Source of the DNA: Thraustochytrium aureum
Taxonomy: Eukaryota
Assembly: GCA_012862495.1 (NCBI GenBank)
Contig: BLSG01000090.1
Coordinates: 251,887-305,287, forward strand
Reading direction: 5' to 3'
Length of the DNA stretch: 53,401 nucleotides
Shown here piece by piece: positions 9,343-20,100 of this stretch. Below the pieces are notes generated by a model. It ran no database searches and was not told the DNA's origin. It worked only from the letters and a program-made list of their open reading frames with translations. Numbering within the stretch: the stretch's first letter is position 1; each line of letters opens with the position of its first letter. Position numbers and translations under genes: made by a program.

Positions 9343-12126
9343 CTAGCTGCGAAGCAAACCGGTGTCGCTGACTTGCGGCTGGCTTTTGGTCGCAAAGAAT
9401 CCTCGCAGGTCCTTGTAAAACGCTGCGAACGACTCGGGCGCGCGCATGTCACCGGCGATCCAGCGAGGCAACTTGGCCGCAATCCCGGCGCGCTCATAGC
9501 GCGCGTCCATGAGAACCACCGCGGCGAAGTCGCCCTTGTGGCGGATCGCACGACCGATGCACTGGTTGACAGCCTTCATGCAAAGGTTTTCGTAAAACGC
9601 CTTGCTCGGCCGCGGACCGTTGTCTTGCGGTGGCGCGGTCTGGTCCAAATAGTCCATCCTCGCGCGAAGCTCCGGATCGCTCGGATTGGGAAATGGCAGC
9701 CCAACCATCACCACACAGCGAGCGAGCTCGTCCTTGAAGTTGATCCCCTCGGAAAGCTTTCCGCCCACCACTGAAAGCAAGACCGCGCCGCCCCCGCCCG
9801 GTTGCTTGCAGGCATCCCCATACTCTTTCAGCATGCGCTCCGTGTCAGTCGTCTCTTGCGACTCGCGAAATACGATTTTGCGCGACGCGAGACGCGCCAG
9901 CGTCCCGGAGGCCTCCCAGCGCTCATAAATCTGTCTCGCAAACGTGTAGCTTGGCAGGAAGACCACCACCCCGCCGGGGACGGCCTGGCAGACGTTGACG
10001 AGGCTGCGCCCAACCTCGTCCAGCACAGTTGTTTTGCTGCGGTTCGCAAAACTGAGCTCGATCGGATGACGCGTGGGGCCGGAACGCAAGCAAAGGCACA
10101 GCATGCTTGTCGGTGGGATTACGTGTCCGCACGAAAAGACCCTGACGGACCCCCGCGGAAGGTGGGCGAACAGCTGCGTCTCCACGTCCGCCGTCGGCTT
10201 CATCGTCCCTCCTGCGAGGATCACAGCGTGTGCCTCCTCGACGACTTGGCGAAAGTGGACGCCCGGGTTCAGCATAACATATTTGAACCTGCTCGCTCGG
10301 CCGTCCCTTATGATCATGACTTTGCCGTCTTTGTTGGTGTTGCATATCCCTTCGAGAAAGGCTTTGACTTGCACGACCGGGCTCGAGCGCGGCTTGCCTG
10401 AGGCAGACACCGCGTCCGTGTTGCTGTTGCCCGACGCTGGGTTTTCCGCCTTGCTGTCCCTGCCGGTTGTGGGCTGCGGGGCCCTGACGCGGCGCTTTGG
10501 CCCCGCGCACGATGTGGCTTGCAGGGAGACAGTGCCTTTCGGAGCCAAGTACTTCGCCGCGAATCCGGTCAGCTTGGCGCAGAGACGCGACGCCTCCAAG
10601 TACTCGAGCACCTGGAAGAGGTTGATCTGATCGACGCCAGCGTCGAGAACCAGAGCGCCAGACGAGCGGATCTCTGCGGCGGCGATCTTGGCGTCTGAGC
10701 TGGGCGCAGGCCCGGCGTCGGCGGCCCCTTTGCGAAGTAGGTTCAATAGCCCGCGCACCACGACGAGAAGGCTCTGGATACCAAGTTTGTTGCGCGGCCC
10801 AAGTCGCGCAAAGTAGCGCTCCCTGTACTCTGCCAGTTCAGCGTGCGCTTGCTCGAGCTGGCCAATGTCGAGTTGCGCGCTGTGCACCTGGTTGATGGCG
10901 TCGATTACGTTGTGCGCCTCGTCACAAATCACCACGTTGCCTTTGAGCTTGATGCCGAGCGACTCCCGTGTGGCCTGGTGCAAAAGCATAGAGTAAGGCA
11001 GGGCGACGAGCTCGGCCTCGGCGACCGCAGCGCGAGAGGCGTAATAACTACAGGCATGCTGCTTGACGCCCATCTCGGCCACGCTCTCAATGTCTTGGGC
11101 CTCGACAAGGACGTGGTCCTTCAGCAGGCCGACGCGCGAGCGATCGTACAGTGGGCATGCGGAGGCGCGGGGGGTCTGCAGACGGGCTCCGCCACCTGCA
11201 GAGCCCCTGAACGCGCGCGAACCCCTCCGAGCCTTTGATGCTTTGGCTTGGTCTGCCAAATCGAGGCACTTGTCGTTCATGCGCGTCGCTGACGTGAGTC
11301 CGCGGACGGCTGGGTTGCCACAGAGCTGCCTTCGCGAGCCAAGCGCAACGCAGGCCAGCTGCCGCCCAAAGGGCGTTCGGCGCACCTCATTCATGAACTG
11401 GGAGAGCTGCGAGTGCGTCCGGCTGCAAAAGTAGATTTTTCGTACCTCGTGCTGCGGCTCGTCCTCTGCGTCAGAGCCAGAGGCGTCGGCGGCGGCGTCC
11501 TCGTCGCTAAAGTACAGCTCTGCCCGCCCGCTGGCTCCTTGCTCTTCTGCATCAGGTGCAAATTCTTCGTCGCTATCATCGGCGCAGCCCTTGGGCTTGA
11601 CTCGCTGGCCTTTGGCACTTGGGCGAGCGCAAGCGCCGCTCTTCCGCATGTCGCGGAGCCGCTTCTGGCCACTGCCGGGGCCCGCGGCGGTGGAAAACCT
11701 GGCCTTGTACTTGTCCACGCGCTCTCGGCGCGCGCGCTGCCGCTCTTCGGCCTCGGAGGCCTCCGCGCGGCGCTGCTCCGCTGCGAACGAAGCAACCCAC
11801 GCGGGAACGCCAGCCTTTTGCGCGGCGTCCTGCTCTGCCTCACCGCTCATGGCCTCTCCGCTTTTGGCTTTGGGCAGGTCTTTGCCCCGATTCTCCCTCA
11901 ACCAGTAGAGCGCGCTGCAGATCAAGCTGAGGCTCTTTCCCGTGCCCGTGGGCGACTCCACGATGCCCACGGAGCCGGTCTCCAAGCACTCGTGCACGGC
12001 CTCCATCAGCTGTCTCTGAATTCCGTACGGCTCAAACGGAAACGGCCACTCAAACGCAGGCCCGCCTCGCGCCTCGTGCGTGCCGCGTCCGCGCATCGCC
12101 GTCCGTTCCTCTTGCGCGCCAAGCTG
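9343..12126 (-). CDS. DDX11: DDX11/Chl1 Fe-S DNA helicase (XPD family)
   Basis: FPFEPYGIQRQLM, ESPTGTGKSLSLIC, KIYFCSRTHSQLSQF, LGSRRQLC, CSYYASR, DEAHN, LAGGTMKP, GGKLSEGINFKD, KAVNQCIGRAIRH; probable ATG at 12126 (MADAEAT). Confidence 0.93.
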   Translation of the reverse strand, partial: QLGAQEERTAMRGRGTHEARGGPAFEWPFPFEPYGIQRQLMEAVHECLETGSVGIVESPTGTGKSLSLICSALYWLRENRGKDLPKAKSGEAMSGEAEQDAAQKAGVPAWVASFAAEQRRAEASEAEERQRARRERVDKYKARFSTAAGPGSGQKRLRDMRKSGACARPSAKGQRVKPKGCADDSDEEFAPDAEEQGASGRAELYFSDEDAAADASGSDAEDEPQHEVRKIYFCSRTHSQLSQFMNEVRRTPFGRQLACVALGSRRQLCGNPAVRGLTSATRMNDKCLDLADQAKASKARRGSRAFRGSAGGGARLQTPRASACPLYDRSRVGLLKDHVLVEAQDIESVAEMGVKQHACSYYASRAAVAEAELVALPYSMLLHQATRESLGIKLKGNVVICDEAHNVIDAINQVHSAQLDIGQLEQAHAELAEYRERYFARLGPRNKLGIQSLLVVVRGLLNLLRKGAADAGPAPSSDAKIAAAEIRSSGALVLDAGVDQINLFQVLEYLEASRLCAKLTGFAAKYLAPKGTVSLQATSCAGPKRRVRAPQPTTGRDSKAENPASGNSNTDAVSASGKPRSSPVVQVKAFLEGICNTNKDGKVMIIRDGRASRFKYVMLNPGVHFRQVVEEAHAVILAGGTMKPTADVETQLFAHLPRGSVRVFSCGHVIPPTSMLCLCLRSGPTRHPIELSFANRSKTTVLDEVGRSLVNVCQAVPGGVVVFLPSYTFARQIYERWEASGTLARLASRKIVFRESQETTDTERMLKEYGDACKQPGGGGAVLLSVVGGKLSEGINFKDELARCVVMVGLPFPNPSDPELRARMDYLDQTAPPQDNGPRPSKAFYENLCMKAVNQCIGRAIRHKGDFAAVVLMDARYERAGIAAKLPRWIAGDMRAPESFAAFYKDLRGFFATKSQPQVSDTGLLRS

Positions 12127-12335
12127 CCGTCGTGGGCTCGCGAGTGGGGCATCTCGGGCGGCTCGAGTCGCCTCGGCATCCGCCATCCTCGCTTGCCGGC
12201 CAGACGCGCCGGCGCCGCAGCGCTCGGAGAGTAGGAGGGAGCCTGCAAGGTTGCCGACAGGCGTGACGCTGCTTGGCGCCAGCAGCGGCCCGCAGCGCTC
12301 CGCTGCCGTGTCCCGAACGGGCTCTGCCGCGCACT

Positions 12336-12353
12336 GCGCGCGAAAAATTTGAA
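12336..12353. promoter_or_regulatory. Putative E2F-like site (GCGCGAAA) next to a CHR-like TTTGAA upstream of DDX11
   Basis: GCGCGCGAAAAATTTGAA inside an AT-rich island about 210 bp upstream of the DDX11 ATG. Confidence 0.35.
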
Positions 12354-13162
12354 ATATCAAAAAAATCGAAAAAAAACGCATGTTTGTTCTTGCAGCTAGC
12401 CCGCGTGGCGGCTGCGCGGCCAGCGCATGCACAGGCGGCCGCAAGGCCCTGCGCGGACGGGGCGAGGGGCCATGGACGGCCAGTGGCGCCTGGCTCGCTA
12501 GCGCTCGATTTTTGGCGCTCGGCGCGCGCTCCTTGGTGCGACGAGGGCGCTTCGCGCGGCCAGAGCGCAGCCTCGCGCAGGGGACGTGGTGGACGCGGCC
12601 AGCTGGGCGTGTGTGGTGGTGGGCTGGCTCGCGCCGAGCGCCCGAAGGAACGAAAACCTTTGGCGCTTGGTCGTACCAGTCTGGCGCGAAGGAGNNNNNN
12701 NNNNNNNNNNNNNNNNNNNNNNNNNNNNNNNNNNNNNNNNNNNNNNNNNNNNNNNNNNNNNNNNNNNNNNNNNNNNNNNNNNNNNNNNNNNNNNNNNNNN
12801 NNNNNNNNNNNNNNNNNNNNNNNNNNNNNNNNNNNNNNNNNNNNNNNNNNNNNNNNNNNNNNNNNNNNNNNNNNNNNNNNNNNNNNNNNNNNNNNNNNNN
12901 NNNNNNNNNNNNNNNNNNNNNNNNNNNNNNNNNNNNNNNNNNNNNNNNNNNNNNNNNNNNNNNNNNNNNNNNNNNNNNNNNNNNNNNNNNNNNNNNNNNN
13001 NNNNNNNNNNNNNNNNNNNNNNGGCCGCGGCGGCGGTTGGGAGGCAGCGTTCGTTTCCCCCTTGCAGAGCTGCCCAACAGCTCGCCAGAGAGAACCACCA
13101 ACGAGCTGGGCCCGAAACTGACGCGCTCGAAAAACCGCTTCTCGAGCAGCAAACCAACCAAG

Positions 13163-13952
13163 ATGACCACACAACTCGTCGCTCGCTGCGTCCAGCCACT
13201 GCTGCGCAACAAAGCTAGCGCCTTTCGCCCAACGCTCACCCTCATGAGGCCTTCGGGGCCCACTCAGTGCCTGCTGGGTCGCCCAGCGAGCCGAGCCTTT
13301 AGCTCGTTCCCCGCCCACACTGTGCTTACAATGCCCGCCTTGAGCCCGACCATGGAGCACGGTGGGATTGCCGCGTGGACGCTCAAGGAGGGCGACGAAA
13401 TCACCGCCGGGAATCCGGTGTGTGAAATTGAAACCGACAAGGCAACGGTGGACTTCGAAGCGCAGGACGACGGCTTCCTTGCAAAGATCCTCGTGCAGGC
13501 AGGTGCTTCGGAGGTGGCTGTTGGCACACCCATCGGCGTGATGGTGGAGGACGCAAGCCAAGTCGATGCATTCAAAAGCTATTCGCCTGCGGATGCAGGC
13601 GCCAGCGCGCCGGCAGCCACTCCCAAGCCCGAGCAACCTGCGTCAGGGACCGCCATGCCCAAGCAAGAGTCCAAGCCTGAGCGGCCTGCGCCGCCCGCGC
13701 CACCTGCACCAACGCCGACAGCTGCTCCGGCTGCCAAGCCTGTGCAAAACGCCGCCCCCGCTGCCCCTGCTCCTCCCCCAGAGTGCCGCTGCGACCGCGC
13801 CCAAGCCCGCGGCGGCCACTGCGAGCTCTGCCCGACCTGTCGCACCCGCATACCCTGCATTTCGCTCTCCGCTCAAGGCGGTGTTCGAGCGCCAGCAGGC
13901 CGAGTACGAAGCGAAGTACGGACACACGATGATGCGGCGCGCGGCCAAGTAG
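13163..13952 (+). CDS. Mitochondrial stand-alone lipoyl-domain protein (PDH E2-type lipoyl domain, Ala/Pro linker, short C-terminal motif); one apparent frameshift in C-run 13775-13779
   Basis: Arg/Ser-rich presequence ending RAFSS; MPALSPTMEHGGIAAW..CEIETDKATVDFE..GFLAKIL..VGTPI; AP linker; ends FRSPLKAVFERQQAEYEAKYGHTMMRRAAK-TAG; no subunit-binding or catalytic domain. Confidence 0.8.
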
Positions 13953-14111
13953 GCCGCGGCCACGCGGCTAGCTCCCCCTGCTCAGGCTCCCCCGACGGCG
14001 GCACAAGATTGGAAAATCACGATCAGCTTCCTTTAGTTGGTTCAAACGCTCGTTGAGGCACAGCACAGCGCACTCACACACACACGGCAGGTCACAGACA
14101 CTGCGCGCTGG

Positions 14112-14963
14112 TCACTTGACAAGCTCCGCCGGCTTGGAGAGCTCGTATTTGATCTTGCGTGCGAGCTGGTACGTCCCAGTGGCCGCGAGCGAGACGTTGA
14201 CCGCGAAAAGGTTGTAGTTCTTGGGCGTGATCACCATGCTGTAGCGCGACCACACAAACCCTGTGGCGCAAAGCGCGGTTTGCTGCATCGTGCTCATCTG
14301 ATCAACCGGCCGGTTAAAGTCCAGGATGTTTGAGATTGAGAGCGCCCACTTGAACGTCGGCGCGGTGCCGTGGACCGTAAAAGGCCCGGCAGGGTGGTTG
14401 ATGATGTGCTTGACCGACTCCGGCAGCGGGGCTCGGAGCATGGCGGCTTGGATGCGCGGGCCCTGGATGCCGAGGCCGACGCCAGCGAGGACAACGGCGC
14501 CAAAGGCGGCCGGGCTGAACGAGCTGCTCGTCGGCTTGCCCTCCTTCTTTAGCTGCTCCTGGTACCTGTAGCCGCGTTGTAGCTGGTACAGCTGCGCCGC
14601 CTCGTTGAATGCATGGCAGGAGAGGAGCAGGTAGTTGCGCGGCTGAACGCGCCAAGCGAACAGCATGAAGAGCCCGGAGTAGATGCAGAGCGTGCTCGTC
14701 ATCGGGAGCGAGATCACCTCAGGCCCCTTGGTGACCGAGTCGGACACTGCTGCCGCCACCAGGCCCCAGTTCATCACCGGCCCCCAAAAGTTGCTGCGGC
14801 CGCGGCCCTCGAACCAGCGTCAGCTCCGCCAAAGCCGCGCGCAAGCCGCGCAAACAGCTTCGCTCCAGCAACGGACCGCGCCAACTCACCTCGTCTTCCA
14901 GCCATACTCTGGGTGGAAGAACGCCGCCCGAAGGGCCGTCAAGCTAAACTGCGACAAGCTCAT
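14112..14963 (-). CDS. Fused MPC1-MPC2 mitochondrial pyruvate carrier (251 aa, 2 exons: 14963-14890 and 14793-14112)
   Basis: MPC1 half: [49 protein letters not shown]; hydrophobic linker [21 protein letters not shown]2 half: [56 protein letters not shown]. Confidence 0.9.
14794..14889 (-). other. GT-AG intron (96 nt) in MPC gene
   Basis: AG|GTGAGT donor at 14889, CCGCAG acceptor ending 14794; contains an in-frame TGA; splicing restores WKTSNFWGP. Confidence 0.85.
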
Positions 14964-17127
14964 CGCGGCGCGTCCGAGGCAGCACGCCTGCGCGCAGCAG
15001 CTGGTCTGGCGGCCTCCGCGTCTCGGGCCAACAGGCGCGACCACCCACCTCCCGGCCGCGAGCGCGAGGCGGCCTTGGACCGCGCCGGAATATACCAGCC
15101 CGCCTGCCAGCAAGCCGTCACCGAGGTCGAGCNNNNNNNNNNNNNNNNNNNNNNNNNNNNNNNNNNNNNNNNNNNNNNNNNNNNNNNNNNNNNNNNNNNN
15201 NNNNNNNNNNNNNNNNNNNNNNNNNNNNNNNNNNNNNNNNNNNNNNNNNNNNNNNNNNNNNNNNNNNNNNNNNNNNNNNNNNNNNNNNNNNNNNNNNNNN
15301 NNNNNNNNNNNNNNNNNNNNNNNNNNNNNNNNNNNNNNNNNNNNNNNNNNNNNNNNNNNNNNNNNNNNNNNNNNNNNNNNNNNNNNNNNNNNNNNNNNNN
15401 NNNNNNNNNNNNNNNNNNNNNNNNNNNNNNNNNNNNNNNNNNNNNNNNNNNNNNNNNNNNNNNNNNNNNNNNNNNNNNNNNNNNNNNNNNNNNNNNNNNN
15501 NNNNNNNNNNNNNNNNNNNNNNNNNNNNNNNNNNNNNNNNNNNNNNNNNNNNNNNNNNNNNNNGGTTGCTCAACTCGTCGAAGACACCGATGTGCCCAGC
15601 CCTCGACGTGAGCCGTCTTCACGCCCAGGCGCTTGATCTCGGCGATGGGCGCGGTCGCGCTGGTGCGCTTGACTCCAGACATCCCCTTCCAGAGGACTTG
15701 GACAGAGATCCGCGTCGGCATTTTGCGTCGAAGCAACTCGGGTGCGAACCGTGGCGTCGCTGTCCCGTCTCTTCTCAACCCAAAACGAATCGCGCTGCGT
15801 TGACAAAGAAAGAACTTGGCATGCAGCTCGACGCCCCTCGTCGTGATCGCCGGGGGAGGCTGTCCATCGGTCCGCGCCCATCTTGACAATGTCGCGCTTT
15901 GGCACGCATGGGCCATGGGTCTTTACTTGCTGTTGCGCACGATTGTCTCGTTCCCGCCGTCTGAAGCGCGCTGTGCCCCGCTTATTGCCGCTTTTGGCTG
16001 GCGGCGAGACGCGGAGCCCAAACGCGGCCAGAAGCAGAGCCTTGCGCTCCTACCTCAGCAGCGCTCATCGAGGTTCACGACGACAATGCTAACTTGCTCG
16101 TCCAGAAACTGTGGTCTTTCGTCCTGAACGGGGCGCTCAACTCGCGTCCAAGCGCGGCGCGAAGCAGCACCCTGTGGTCCCATCGTCGCGATGCATGCCC
16201 GGCCCACCCACGCACTCTTCGCCTGGTCCAGCCGCTCTCGATGCGATCGCCCGCAGGCAGAAGCTGGCGGAATTCGGATAGAGGGGCGGGCGGCAGTCCG
16301 TTGTCCGTTTGCCAAGCCGTGCGGAATTGGGCATGAAGTAGAGGTGGGATAATTCTGGCGCGCGTTGGCGATGGACGCAGTGGCGCGCCAACGCAAAGGC
16401 GACGACGACGCCGAGAGGCCGGATAGACGCCTGCGGTGCGTCGAGGATTCTCCACGCGGAATTGACGGCTGGAGCCAACTGGAGCTCATTTAATTAAAAA
16501 TTGAACGAATGCGAGTACTTCGAGTTCGCTGCCCTGCGTCGTGGTTGACAGCGGCAGAAGAGCCGGACCGTGGCACGGACTGCTCAGCGGCGGCGGCGAG
16601 ATTGGTGGCGATCCCCTGTTGGCTCTCTACTTGTCTTTCGACCTTTGTCTTTCGACTTCAGGACGTCTCTGCGATGCGATAAGCAGGTGGCAATTTTGAC
16701 CGCCGTGGGCCAATCGGCGAGTGCGAGACCCGCACAAGTGCAAGCGCTGCGGCAAGGTCGTACGCACGTCCGTACTCTGGGGAGCCAAACCGGCCTTCAA
16801 AGTGAGTCTATGCTTGCGCCGAAGCAACAACGTTCGCAGAGCTTGGTTCGTGTCGAGGTGCCGCACTGTTTCAACGCGGCGAGCTCGCCACAACGCTTAT
16901 CTTGCTTGAGAAGGTAGAGCTACGTGCAAGGCGTCAAGACGTCACAAACCGAATTGCAGCCTGGCAGCACCACGCGCAGGCTGGGGCAGGCCGGGCCGGC
17001 CCTGAAGCGCGCGCAGTAGGTTGAGGCCACGAAGCGGCAAGGGCTCGCGCAGCGCAGGCAAGCCCTCAAACGTGTACCGGGCCAACCTGCAAAACAGGCC
17101 AAGTGAGTGACGGCGGGCCCGGCCACG

Positions 17128-20100
17128 ATGGCAGGCGCAGACCGCGACCTCGACTTCCTAGAGCAGGTCCGCGGCCTCCTGGGCACGGTGTCACTCACGA
17201 ATCCAAGCGCCTGCGCTCAAGCGCCGCTCGGAATATCCACCACCATGCCCCGCTTTGCCGCAGGTGCCAACGCAGCGCGCTTTCGCGATGTCGGCGCCCT
17301 GACCGGCGACCCGAGCGCAGCCCAGCTCCTCTCGAGCTGCGACATTGTCGCATCGGAAGGCCCTCGGCTTGTGCACATGCTCTACGGAAACGAAGCGTGG
17401 CCAAAGCCGTCCCGTCGCCGGCAAATGACGCCTCTGAGGCAGACAAGAAGAGAATATATGAGCTCACTTTCCAGGCGCTTCGGCCAGAAGTAGACAAGAT
17501 GGCCGAGCTCGTTGCGTACCAAGCGCAGCTGGGCGACCAGATCAAAGCCCTCGTGGAGCGCACCGCGGCGCCAAACGACCCGCTCCAGGGTCTTTTGCTT
17601 GAGCAGCTCGTGCGTCTCGTGGACATCGTCGCTGTGCTCGACCTACTGAAGGACTCCAAACCGTGCTTGCGGAACGACTTCGCCCTCTACAAGCGCGCGC
17701 TGCACATGTTGCGCGCCGACTTGGGGGACTATCAAGAGCTCAACCAAAGCCAGATGCGCGTCCAAGAGTTTCTTTCAAACCCTCGCTGCGCCAAGGGCGG
17801 CGTAGTCTTGTTCAACGTCGCGGAGAAGCTTGCCTCGCTGCCTAAGGCGCTCGAGGCATTCGCTGACCTGTTTTCCTATTGCGTCCACCGGCTCGAGGGC
17901 GGCGACCACTTCGCCCCTGAGGAAAAGTGGCGGCTCTTTAGGGTCTGCGCCCACACAATCGTTTTTGCACAAGCTCTCAGCAACGCTGGTGCGCCCGGAG
18001 CCGGCCCGTCGCGCTCGCTCGACGACAAGGCCAACTCGTTCAAGGCCAAGAAACTCCTCACAGCAGATGCTGCAAAGCTCCTCCGGCGATATCCCGTCGT
18101 GCCAGTCTTTGGGGACGTCCAGATGACCATGTCACTCGTCCTCGCACGCTGCAGCCCAGGCGCGGCCTCGGTAGTTGATGCTCTAGTCGTCTCGGACCTG
18201 GGCGACTCCAAGGTCGCCGCAGTGTACAGCATCGACGCGCACTGGCGGGACCTGCGGGGGGCCTACCAGCCCGTCCTTGCCGAGTTCACTCGCGCAGTGC
18301 GCCAACTCGACAAATTCGCGAACAAGGCGGTCCCGCCTCAAGTAGCAAGCCAGGTGCATGACGCTGTGTTGGCCGGGCTCACGCTTGTCGCGCAGTGCAA
18401 GGAGCACGTCCAGGCCCAGGTCGCATTCAAGTACGCCACGCCTCTGCCCCTCGGGCTGGTCAACGAGAATGTGGACCAGTCACACCCGGGCTTTGAGTAC
18501 GACAGAGTCGCGCGACTCAACTACTCGTCGGCAGAACTCCGGGCCCTCACCGAGGTCATCGCCATCCAAAAGAACCTCGCGTCGACGATGCGGCGCGAAA
18601 GCGCACGGCTGGTCCCGGTCCTGGCACAAACGTCTCGCGAGCGCTTTGCCCGGTTTGTGCTTGAAGAGGCGGCTATCGCGCTCCCCAAGAGCGACCCACG
18701 GCAGCGCAGCGCGATTCTCGCTGCCCTTGCGCCGCACGCATCGGCTCTGGGTGATTTTCATGCAGCCAGGGCCCCNNNNNNNNNNNNNNNNNNNNNNNNN
18801 NNNNNNNNNNNNNNNNNNNNNNNNNNNNNNNNNNNNNNNNNNNNNNNNNNNNNNNNNNNNNNNNNNNNNNNNNNNNNNNNNNNNGACTGCCGAGTCGAAT
18901 GAGAACGGCAACCCAAACTTGGGCGGCGGCAGAACGGCCACGTCTCGCGCCGGCAAGATGGTCTTCAAGGCCGCTCGCGGCGTTGGCCTGCTCTCAACTG
19001 GGCAGAGTCGGCGCGGCGCCCCAGGAGTCAAGGCCGGCCTGGACGACTGCTCAGCAGTACAGGGTCGCGCAGCTGGGCCCGGACCTGCGGCCTTCACCTT
19101 TATCGCGCCGACTGCGAGTCAGCTTGGCCTGGCGCGCGCAGTGGCGACGAGCATCCTGGATGAGCAAGCCGGCGGCTCCAAGGGCTCGCGCTCGTTCCCT
19201 CGCTTCGCGTCGTCGTCGCGCGAGGCTGGCTCCAAGTCTGGCGCAAAACCTGTGCAGGACTTTGTTGCCCACTCTGTTGCGAGCCCGTTCCTGGCAGACC
19301 TGGACGCATCGCTCGCTTCGCTCGCTAGCCTGGGCGACCTGTGGTTCCGAGAGTTTTACCTCGACATCACCAAGAGCCCGCAGTTTCCGATCGAGATGTC
19401 GCTTCCGTGGATTTTGGCCAAGCAAGTGGTGGACAATCCGACAAAGCACTCTCTGGGCGATGTGCTGTACGCGTTGGACCTGTACAACGACGCGGCATCT
19501 GCCGTCTTCAATGGGCTGCAACAGCAGTACCTCTTCGACGAGATCGAGGCAGAGGTCAACCTGGTTTTCGACCAGCTTCTCTACCTAATCCCGACGCACC
19601 TCTACGCGCACGTTAAGGCCGTGGTCGCTTACAACGCTCTCGACCCGCAGTACCGATCCAAGGTGGCCCAGTTCTGCAACGGGCAGCGCGGCAGGGGCGC
19701 GCCCTTTGCGCGAGAGGCAGTGCGAGCCTTTGATGGCATCCTCGGCCAGCACCGATTCCAGCTTCTTGGCCGAGACGTTGATCTTTCGGCTCTTATCGCA
19801 GAACGGCTCGAGGCCTGCTTGCGCCAAGATGTAGCGGCTGCAATCGCTCGCTTCCAGTCCAACTCGCTCGCAGGGATCATCGAGCTTGAGGGCCACCTCG
19901 ACGTGATTCGTACTGTGCACCGCCGGATTCAGGGGTTTGAGGGGATCAACATTGCTCCATTCAGCAGTATCCTTGCCGAGCAAGATGGCCAGCATGTGCT
20001 AACGTCGAGTGGGGGCAAGATCGCGTCACACGCGGCTTCGGAGATGATCCTTGACGTGCTCCCGAATTATGCGTTTAATGCAACGACCGAACGCCTCGTC

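Noticed and set aside
14960..16489. Minus-strand ORFs upstream of the MPC gene (VLWKGMSGVKRT.., WQAGWYIP)
   Set aside because: No recognisable motif or consistent gene model, and interrupted by a gap. May hide a gene but cannot be supported.
16721..16909. HKCKRCGK zinc-finger-like half motif
   Set aside because: Short non-ATG ORF with no second ligand pair
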